Source: Blastocladiella emersonii ATCC 22665
Lineage: Eukaryota > Fungi > Blastocladiomycota
Length of the DNA stretch: 64,000 nt
Direction: 5' to 3'
NCBI GenBank assembly: GCA_025594325.1
Contig: JANHCV010000001.1
Coordinates: 682,001 to 746,000, forward strand
The translations under genes and the position numbers were made by a program. How positions within the stretch are numbered: position 1 is the stretch's first letter; every line of letters starts with the position of its first letter. Positions 54,527 through 64,000 of the stretch are shown piece by piece. Below the pieces are notes generated by a model. It did no database searches. It saw only the letters and a list, made by a program, of their open reading frames with translations, and was not told the origin of the DNA.

Positions 54527-56883
54527 CTATTCTTCACTCCCTTGCTTCTTCGACTCGACCGCCTCGCGCATCGCCCTCGCGAGCCCGGGCACCCGCTGGA
54601 CGACGTGCCGGTCAAACTTATCATTCTCACCGACCGCCTTGGCCACGATCCGCAGACACTCCGGGTCGCGGGCCGTGGCCGGACACGCGCGGATGATCTG
54701 CAGGATCAACTTCCCGTGCACCTTCCCGTCGCGCCGCGCCTCCCAGACGATGGCCTCGGCGCACGCGCGCGGGGCGACAAACGCGTCAAGGGCGCCGGGC
54801 GGAAAGTACCGCGCGATGAGCGGGAGGAGCGACTCGCCGACCTCGAACCACAGCCCGCCGACGGCCACGGGCGCATGGGCCACTAGGAGGTGCAGGAACC
54901 GCTGCCCCGCGCTCACCTCGCGCCCGCGGAACTCGGCCGCCGCGAAACTCAGCGCGTGGTACCGCGGGTCCGCGAGGCGCGCGATATCAATCAGGTCCTG
55001 CGTGACGCGCGGGCGGAGCGCGGGCGTGACGATCGCGGCCGGGCACACCGCGAGGAAGTTGGCGAACGCGGCGAAGAAGTCGGGCGTCACGAGGAACAGC
55101 GGCGCGGCGACCTGCACCACCCAGTCGGTCACCTCGTACCGGCTGCCCGCCATGGCGGAGATGAACGACGCGTACAGCTCGGTCCAGTCGCGCTCGCGCT
55201 TGCCCGCGAGGTGGTGCAGCGCCGCGCGCGCCGAGGACGGGGAGGTGAGCAGCGGGACCAGGATCCCGATCAGCGCGTGCGCGCAGTTGGGCTCGTGCAG
55301 GACCGGGAACGCGTGCCCGAGCAGCGAGCGGGCGAGCGCGAGGCGTTCCTCGCGGCTGCCGAGGCCGAGGGAACCGAGGTCGGGGCCGAACGTGCCGTCG
55401 CCGATGGAGACGAGGGCAGTGGCCAGGAGCTGCGACAGCGGCGTCTTGGTGCACGCGCGCGCGAGGAGGCATAGCCGCGCGACGTGCGACTTGTTCTCGT
55501 TGTACCGCTCGGGCTCGTGCGTGAAGACTAGAGAGTAAACGCCAAACTGGTCAGTTTTCCGCGTAGATGGTGACAGCTCACTAAAAACGTACGCTCGGTG
55601 AGCAACGCGTCGCGCTGCTCCTTGGCCACAACGTGCACCATTCGCCGCAGCTGCTCGATCGGGCAGTGCGCGTGGATCGCCGCCATGACAAGGACCGCCC
55701 ACACCCGCGCGTCGGTGACGCCAGGCCACGCGCGCAGGAGCTGCGCGAGCTCGCGGTCGTACCCCTGCTCGACCCACGGCGCGAGCCGCCCGAGAACCCG
55801 CTTCGTGGTGCCCCACTTGTCCACGTCGAGCGGCCGCGCCTCGTCGTACTTGCGGAACACGGTGCGCAGCACGTCGGGACCGAAGCTGAGCGGGCTCAGG
55901 TAGCTCGAGATGTGGATGGGCCACCACTCGGGCCCGGGTTCCGCAAGCAGGGAGAAGCCGTGCGCGAACAACCAGTCGAGGACGGACAGGACGCGGTCGG
56001 CCGGGTACTCGTTGATGAGGCCGAGGAACGCGTTGGCGACACGGTGGTGCGAGAGGAAGGCCATGACGGAGGACAGGTCCGGGTGCAGCGCGGCGGCCGC
56101 CTTGAGCGCGGGCAGGTTCCAGTGGCACGCGGCCGAAAACGCGACGAGCGTGAAGAAGTCGACGCGGCGCGGCTCGCGCTCCTCGCGCAGCTCGCCCGCC
56201 AGCATCGACACGCGCTCGTACATGCACGGCGAGCAGTCGGGCAGGAGCTCGAGCAGCCTGGACGCCGGCAGCGCGCGATTGAACGAGACGGCTGGGAAGT
56301 GTCTCGCCATGAGCGTGAGCGCAGCCGCGAGCTCGTCGGTGCACTCGGCCGCTTCAAAGTACAGCGCGAGCACGAGGCCGTCCGACATGAATCCCTGCAG
56401 GTGGATGGGGCGGACTTGGTGGAAGAAGCTGTCCGACTTGACGACGACGTCGTGCGAGAGCGCGTCGAGATGCTCTTGCTGCCGCGCCCGCGGGACCGCG
56501 GCGAGCGACGCCGGGTCGCTGCGCAAGTACGCGAACAGAAAGGCGTGGAACAGCGCGAGGTCGAGCTTGGGCTCCACGGGCAGGTCGGTGCGGTGGCGCG
56601 CGGCGAAGCGCAGGCGTACGTAGGAAGCGAACCCGGACTGCCACGGCCGCATCCAGCCGTGGCCGACGAGCTTGGTCGGGCCGCCGCGCTCCAACTGGGC
56701 CAGCAGGAACGGTAAGGTGCGGTCGATCCAGTGCAAGAGCGCCGAGGTCGAGAGGCGCGCGGTGTCGGCGAGAATTCGCGTTGACGCGAGCACGGCCACG
56801 CGCGGCGCGGCGAGGGCGGCAATTGAGATGGCGAGCTCGAACGGCAGATCGTGGAAGCGACAGCGTGTTGCATTGGGTATCAT
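54527..56883 (-). CDS. Diverged METNE-like family gene, 763 aa; exons 56883..55593 and 55527..54527
   Basis: Tandem paralog of the previous gene, with long near-identical stretches. Phase-1 intron 55528..55592 (GTACGT...CTGAC...CTAG) is in frame. Confidence 0.8.
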
Positions 56884-57102
56884 GGTGTGGTCACGGCCGA
56901 GGGCGTTGTGGGAAGAGAGAGGGTGAGGGAGCAGGTCCTTCTTGAGGGCTCCGAGGAGAACCCCTGCTTCGAGGTCGCGTTCCCCAGTCGACTCATTTCT
57001 CGACCCGCCAAGTCACTCACGCGGCGCGAGCCGTTCGACGCGATGCGCCACTCACGGGCATGAAACCAACCGAGTCGAAACTCCGCAAGAAGGGTCCATT
57101 CA

Positions 57103-57938
57103 CTACGAGCCATTCGCCGGCGCCGCTACTGCCGCAGCAACCGGTGGTGCGGCAGGCAGGGTGATGAGGTCGACGTCGAACAGCTCGATGAGCTGCTCGG
57201 TGGCGTAGCGGGCCTTGTTGTCGGCAAACGAGCGGTACTCGACGGCGATCGAGTTAAAGTTCCACCGCTGCAGGCGGCGCAGGCACCCGACCACGGCGCC
57301 CGTCTCGTGGATGCCCGACGTGCACGCGATGAGCACGGGCTGGTTCTTGGGCTGCAGCAGGAACTCGAGCGCCTCCTTGATCAGCTCCTCGGGGATCGGC
57401 CGCCAGCCCGGCGCGGACGACCGCCACGAGCGCTGGCCGAGGTGGACCTATGCGCGTCGGAGGGTGGGTGAGTTGAGGTACTGGCGTGAGCCGAAGAGAC
57501 GGAGAGTAGTACCAGCTCGATCGCGTTCTCGTCCAGGAACGCGAGGACATGCCGATTCGGCGCCTCGGGCGCGAGCACGAGCATCGAGCGCAGGCCGAGG
57601 GTGCGGATGAACGGCAGGTTGGCGGGCGCGAGCATGCTCGAGCGGTAGATGCCGGGCTCCACGAGGGCGAAGGCGTCGGGCACGACGAACAGCGGCGGTG
57701 GCGCGCCGAGCGACGCGGTCGCCGTCGTGCCGGGCGGCAGGGCGCTGCTGTCGGACGATCCGCTGGTGGGAGCCGCGGAAACGCTAGATGCTGTCTGCGG
57801 GGTTCCCAGCAGCGCCGAGAAGGGGAGCGGCGCGCTCGGGACCGGCCCGCCCGACCCGAGCATGTACAGCGACGGGTTGCTCCCGCCCGCGATGCTGCTC
57901 CGCCTCCGCGGCACGTTGGCGGTCTGCGACAGCGACAT
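57103..57938 (-). CDS. Siw14/OCA-family (plant and fungal atypical dual-specificity) phosphatase-like protein, probably inactive; exons 57938..57513 and 57447..57103
   Basis: 'FALVEPGIYRS', 'FIRTLGLRS', 'IKEALEFLL', 'TGAVVGCLRRLQRWNFNSI..EYRSFA', 'EQLIELFD'. P-loop reads ACTSGIHETG. Intron 57448..57512. Confidence 0.85.
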
Positions 57939-58176
57939 GGTGGCGGCTGCGTTGCGCCAAGTCAGATGCATGGGCTGCCCGGCAGGGAGGGCAGAGGTTG
58001 GAGGAGAGGCTGGGTGGTGATCGGCGGCGTCAGCTGACGGGCCCGAGTGGCGAAACGCGTCGCGTCGGCCGCTTCGTCCGTCCGCTCTCAGGCCGCCCTC
58101 GCTCGCGCCCCTCGTCGCTCAACCGAAGTCGCATGCATCCCGGCAACGACTTGCCGCAACCCGCCTGACCCCCGCC

Positions 58177-60035
58177 ATGCTCTCCATGGGTGCCGGCGAC
58201 GCGCACCCGTCGTCGCGCTACGCGCCCGCTCCCTACACGCACGCCGCCTCCTCGGAGGCCGCCGCCAGCCCGTCGCCGCACGCCACCAACAAGGCCGCCC
58301 CGCCCACCACCACCTACTGGGCATCTGCGCGCCTGCCCTCGCTTGACGCGAGCGACGACGACGACGGCACCACCATGCAGGACGCGCGCCCGCGCCTCGC
58401 GTCGGCCGTTCCGCTCGAGCCCGCGGCCGCCTCGAGCACGCCGCAGTACCGCGAGCAGCCCGCCGCGCTGCCGCGCTCGGCCAACGAGATCCACCAGGAG
58501 GCGCTCCGTGGCGCGCTGCTCGACGTCTACGCCGACCGTGATCGCGAGGAGCGGCTCGCTCGCCGGTTTGCACTACTCTCATTCTGCTACCGTGAGAACG
58601 ATCAACTAACGCTCAACCTCAAACGTGTAGCCTCTTCGCGTCGAACAAACCGCGCATCGACGACCTGTTCGCCGCCTTCCTCGAGAACCACCGCGCCGAC
58701 CCGTACTTTGTAACGCGGTCGCTCGCCCTGCTCGCGCGCTTCGACACGCCGTACAAGCGCCAGCGCCTGCTCCTCGCGCTCGACGAGCTCGACCTCGACG
58801 TGACCCAGGAGGAGGACCAGATGCTCCTCGCCGAGGGATCGCGCCTGCACGGCCGGTTTGCCCCGAGCGAGGACGAGGCGACGGCGCCCGCCGCGTTTGT
58901 TGCTCCGCCGGCGGTTACCGCGCCGCAGCATCACCCCGCCCCGCACAACGACCTCCTCGATCTCTCGGCCCCGCTGCAGCCCCGGCACGCGAGACCCGCT
59001 GCCGTGCTCCCGCCGTCCCCCGCCGCGCAGCAGGAGTACCGCGAGCGCGCCGCGGTGGTGGCTGCCAACCACACGGTGCGCAGCCCCGTCCAGGCGCAGC
59101 AGCAACGGCAGGCGCCGTCGCACAGCGCAAGCCCGGTTCGCCGGCTCCCGCCGCCGCAGCGGGAGGAGGCAGACCCGTTCTTCGACTGGCACGACTACGA
59201 GGACTTTGCGCAGCTGCTCAAGGACGCCGAGTCGGGGGCGACGGGGGACCGCGTCGCGCTCGATCTCAGCACTCCGGCCCGCGTCAACCTCGAGGACCCG
59301 TTTGCCGGGTTTGACGTGGTCCGCATCCCGCCGGTCAACTCGACGACGGTCAAGTCGGTTCCGACGACCACGACTACGACGACTACCGCGAGCACCACTA
59401 CGGCGGCGGCGCGCCGCTCGCCCACCCCGTCCGCGAACGCGAACGCGCCGTCGTCTTCGTCGTCCATCACCGGGTACCTGCAGCAGCACTTTTACCTGGA
59501 GCGCGAGCGGCTGCTCCGCGAGCGCACCAGCCTGCGCAATATGCTCGACGAGCTGCACGGCGATATCGAGGAGATCGAGGCGCTGCGCGGCGGCGGCGCG
59601 AGTCCCCCGGGCACCAGCGGTGGTGGCGAGGAGTCGTCAGCGAGCGCCAAGCTCGACCAGCTGGCCGCGATGCTCGACGCGCACGAGGTCTTCGAGGACG
59701 AGGAGGACGACCTCGACAACGACGGCGACGACCGGTTCACGTCTGCGGACCACGATCCCGCTGCCACCCCGCCCCGCGGCCGCGGCTCGCGCCGCGCATC
59801 GCGGTCCTCGGTCTCGACGTCGCCGCTCCTCTCCGCGTCGACGTTCGGCCGCAGCACGCCCGCCGGGCAGTACATGGCGCTCGCGTCGGACACCGAGGGC
59901 GACGCGTCGCACCGCTCGGCGCACCTCACACTCACGGCCGCGGGCAGCGATGCGGCAGGGATCGACGGCCACGACGATGACACGGACGTGGACTCGGACC
60001 GCGACGTCGATGCCGCGGAAGCCGAGGATGACTAG
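58177..60035 (+). CDS. Hypothetical protein with a PCM1-like helical motif and a coiled coil; exons 58177..58565 and 58631..60035
   Basis: Intron 58566..58630 (GTTTGC...CTAAC...GTGTAG) joins ORFs 58177 and 58800 in frame. Mostly low-complexity sequence; coiled-coil-like 'ERERLLRERTSLRNMLDELHGDIEEIE'. Confidence 0.65.
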
Positions 60036-61887
60036 TTGGTGCGCGATAGGCGATCTCTGGTGTGCTGATGCATTGTCAAACGTTGTTCATCAATCTCATT
60101 TCAGTGTGCGACTCGTCTCGGCTCGAGCTCGGCTCGCCGCGTCTCACCTCTAGCCTGGCTCAGGTGGGACGGCAGCCAATCACGGCTACGGAGGCCAGCA
60201 GCACCAGAGAGTTCCGTTGGGAAGAGTCGACGCGTTGCAAAGTGATGCTTGCTTGCAACATCAGTGCGCGCCATCAATCGTCGCGAAACTGGTTCCAGGA
60301 TGGACGCGCGCGCGGCACCACTCGCCGCGCCGTGTTGCTGTCGCGACTAATTTGATGCAGCAACAGCGGGAGCGGAGGTGGCGGGCGTGTGATCCCTGCC
60401 CACACGCTGTGTGAGGGTTGACGTGGCGGAGTGACGCAGAGCGACGTGGCTACGCCACCACGGCCGCCCCGAACAATGGAGCTCGGGCCGCCCCGCGCTG
60501 CGAGCCAAGCCACCACGGGCTCGGGGCGAGTTCTCCCGCCGCCACGCCGAGGCCCGAGGGCGCCGCTGCGGCTGCGCCTTTGTGTACGTTGTGCGCCGCG
60601 GGGCGCGGGCGAGCGTCGCGTCGCGTCGTGCTGGTGATGGAGCGACGATGGCCGCGGACAAGGCCGTGGCCACCACCGCCGCCGAGATGATGGAAATTGC
60701 AATGATGAAACCGGGCGCGACGCACGCCCATGACTCTGGCGACGGCTGAAAGTTGAGCCGTGCTTCGCGTCCTAGGTCGCGCTTCGCCTCGCTGAAGCCG
60801 AGGCGGACAAATCTCCGCCGGCGGCCGTGGCCGACCTCCATCTCCAACACCGACAACGCCGCGCCCATCACACAGCAGCCGCATGATTCTTGATCGCGAT
60901 CGAGCAGGGAGGTGGCACGCCGGCCGCTGCGACACGGTGGCCGCCGTGGGCTGGGTGCAGGAAGGAAGGAGGAAGGGGGGACCCGGCGGCCGGCCTTGTC
61001 CTGGTCCGCTGGTCCGACGGCACTCGTTGCGATGCAACTCGAGCAGGTCCGGTCCCACCTTCCCGGTCCATGCTCCGCGTCCTATTCTCTCTCCCCGCGC
61101 CCTGTCTGCCTCCAACATCCGCACTCCCGCGTAGCCGCGTCGAAGTCAAGGGTTTCCATCCCCGCCTTCGCCCCGGCCATCACGCCTCCGCACCCGCCGC
61201 CCCCGCCCCCGCACACGGCGCACCTCGATCATCACTGCGCCCTGACGCTTGCCACGCGCGCGGCCCTCGCCCTCGCCGTTGGCCTCCCCTCGCTTCGCAA
61301 CGCGTTTCGGGCAACCCATTCACCCGTGCCGTACGTTCATTCCTCGCCCGCTTTCCAACTGCTCGGGCAACCCCCTGGCGCCGCCCAGATCCGCCCCCGA
61401 CCCCTCCTTCATTCATTATCGTTCTCGGCCCGCTCGGTCCCGCGCTCGGTGTGGCGATGGCCACCGTCCTGGTGACACCGCTCGAGGGAACGGTGGCCGC
61501 GGCCGTCGCTGGCCGCCGCCGTGTTCCGATATTCGGCGCCACCCACGGGAAGCGTGTGGCCAGCGTGGAATGGGGGAAGGGCGAGCGGGCCGCGCGCGCT
61601 GCGCCATGGCTCGCTCGCTCGCTCCCCGAAGAGCAGCATCCATATTTGCCGCGGCGGAACGTCCTTCTCCCTCCCTCTCTCTCCGACCACGCGCGCGCAC
61701 CGTGGGTGGACGACTTCCGCCCGATATCCCTCCCTCCAACCCTGTCCAGATCGCGCTCGCTGACCACCCGTTCACGGATGCCCGCCAGTGGCGCGCTGCT
61801 CATTCTTCCGTCGTGACCACCCGCCTCATCGCCGTCAAGATCATCACCACCGGCGCTCGCGCCCTCCCTCTCGCGACCACCGCGACC

Positions 61888-64000
61888 ATGTCGTTCCGCC
61901 GCGTCCCCATCGCATCGCTGCTCAACGACGACAGCGACCCGCTGTCGCTCTCCTTGTCGCCCGAGGAGGACCGCGACACTGCCGTCGCGGCTCCCGCAGC
62001 CGAGCCTGGCCACGGCCACCACCACCTCCACCACCACTCGCACCATCATCAACAACATCATTCTCCACACCTCGGCTTCGCGCCTTCCTCACGGCCCACG
62101 CCGCCTCCACCACCACCACTACCGCCCCCGTACCACGTCCCTGTCGCCGGCGGCCACGGCCACGGCGGCGCGCCTCCGATCACCGCGCCGGCCTCGCCAT
62201 TCGCCGCCTTCACCACGACCACGGGCGAGCCGCGACGTCGGCCGGCCGACCCTCACCGTGCCGTGAGCAGTACGGCGGCGGGTATGACGTTCTCGACGCG
62301 TCCGCCGCTCCCGCCGCGGTCGTGGCCTTCCTCTGCCGCCGTCGGCGCTGCGCCGCCCGCGTCGTACCACGGATTCTGGGCGCGGCAGCCCTCGACGGCC
62401 GCCCCCGGCGCCGCGTCGCCGCCCGTCGCGGGTCCATCTTCTTCGGCGTCGGCGCCGATGCAGACATTTGCAGGTTCGCTGTCCGTCCATTGTTCGCGTC
62501 CCCGAAGCTATTGTTGCTCCTGCAACTCGCGGGGCGGAGGGCGGGGTGAGACGAGACGCGACGCCCTGGGGGCTGGCTTCCCCTTCTCGAACGCATCTCG
62601 GCGGGCGGGCCCGCAGCCATCGCTGCGGTCCAGCAAACCGACCGCGCCACCGTGAGCTCTTCATGCTCGCGCACGAGCTCGTCGATCGCAGAAGCGGGGC
62701 CTGGCTGGCCGCCGTGGTCCACGCTGGCCCCCGGCCCGGCCGCCCTGGCCGCCCCGGCCCCCGCCTCGCCCTATTCCCTTTCATTTGGGCCAACCTGCTC
62801 TGCTCGTCCTGCACCACTTGCTGACTTGTCTTCATTCATTTCCACGTCGTCTAGCGCCCGACACGCGAGGCTGGCCCGCCGCACAGCATCACCCGCGGCC
62901 GCGCGCGCCGTTCCACCGCCACGCGCGGCCGGATCACCTCCCGCATCACGATGCGGCACCCCTGCGGGCTCCGCAGCCGCCTGGCCGTGCATCGCTCGAG
63001 ACGCGGTTCCATCTCCCGCCGCTCCCGCCGCCGCCTCCGCTGATCCCGACGCCCGCGCAGACGCCGCCGACGGCGGGCGGTGACGCAGTGGCGCGCGATC
63101 ACGGCGTGGGCGTTCCGGCACCGCGGTCCCCTCCGCCGCCGCGACCGATCCACCACCCCATCCCCGTACTCCCGGCGAACCTGATTGCGGCCGCTGCGGC
63201 TGCCGCGGCCAAAGAGTCCTCATCCTCCTCATCCTCCCTCCCCGCTCTCCCGCCGCTCCCCTTACCACGCTCCTCGCCGCCCGCCGCGCCGAGCTCCCGC
63301 TCCGCGTCGCCCGCCGACGCCCCTTCCACCGCCGCACACCCTGGTGAGCCCTTCTGCACGCCGCGGTCGTACCACCTATTCAACAGGGCCTCGTACGCGC
63401 TGATGGTGCACTGCGTAGCGGCATCGCGGTCGCCGAAGACGGCCGCGATCGACGCGGCGGACCGCGACCGGCCCGTGTCGTTCAAGCGGTGGAAGCGGCT
63501 GCAGGGGAACCTGCGGGTTGTCGCGGTGCGGCGGGTCGCGGGGGAGGTGTGGTTTGGGGCCGACGCGGCGAGTGTAAGGCAGGCGGCGGGGGGTGAGGAG
63601 GCGGTGCAGTTGCCTGAGCCGGAGGATGATGGGGACGGGGTGGGGGAGGTCGAGTACCGGCTCGTGTGGCGGACGTGTTCCAAGAACTTGTGGATCGTGC
63701 CCGTCGAGGTGCGTTTACTCATTCACCTTCGAGTTCCGACGACTGGAGATTAACTCGTTCGCGATCGGCGTGTACTGTAGCACTGGCCAGAAGTCTTCCG
63801 TTCGATCCACGTCGTGCCGGCGACCACGGGCGAGTGGCCCGTTCACCTGCGCCTGCAGGAAACGGTTCGCGCGGTACGCTCTAATTCATCATTCCCCTTA
63901 CAACCCCCGCTAACTCACGTCCCGAATAGCTCTCGCTGCGGTACCAAACGCGCCGCTCGCGGTCCGGCATCACGACGGACGCGGTGCGCGAGCACATTCT
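61888..64000 (+). CDS. Multi-exon hypothetical His/Pro-rich protein, 3'-truncated by the window; exon structure unresolved
   Basis: MSFRRVPIASLLN start and poly-His tract. Later globular segment 'YHLFNRASYALMVHC...FKRWKRLQGNLRVV...EYRLVWRTCSKNLWIVPVE' is followed by GTGCGT and GTACGC donors. Confidence 0.5.

Noticed and set aside
60274-61816. Several overlapping 90-300 aa ORFs upstream of the 61888 gene
   Set aside because: No codon bias or domain signal, and mutually overlapping; most likely promoter or long 5'UTR sequence.

Overview
Eukaryotic, intron-containing, GC-rich fungal-type DNA. Introns are about 56-75 nt with GTACGY/GTGCGT donors, CTAAC/CTGAC/CTCAC branch sites and YAG acceptors. 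Gene content and style suggest an early-diverging zoosporic fungus such as Blastocladiomycota (inference). Conserved genes are FANCD2 (5'-truncated), CBP4, an EI24/Lds-type membrane protein, SART1/SNU66, COG5, a White collar-1-like LOV-PAS-PAS photoreceptor lacking the GATA finger, a PTR2/POT peptide transporter, a GPI-type secreted protein and an OCA/Siw14-like phosphatase. These are interleaved with lineage-specific expansions. (i) A six-copy tandem array (10.9-24.7 kb) of an unannotated ~740-aa two-exon 'METNE' gene; the alternating ORFs in the ORF track are the two exons of one gene. Three copies are intact, three are decayed, and one has a MITE inserted upstream. (ii) A diverged two-copy sister cluster at 51.8-56.9 kb. 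(iii) An ankyrin-LRR cluster at 45.2-51.7 kb. (iv) A 'VLxWW' ankyrin-repeat gene. All four families start with an F-box-like motif. Other notable items are an intronless DUF924 + FSH1 serine hydrolase + bacterial-type LRR fusion, and a protein carrying a PCM1-like motif. No rRNA, tRNA or CRISPR was recognised. All family calls are by motif recognition from memory; no searches were run.
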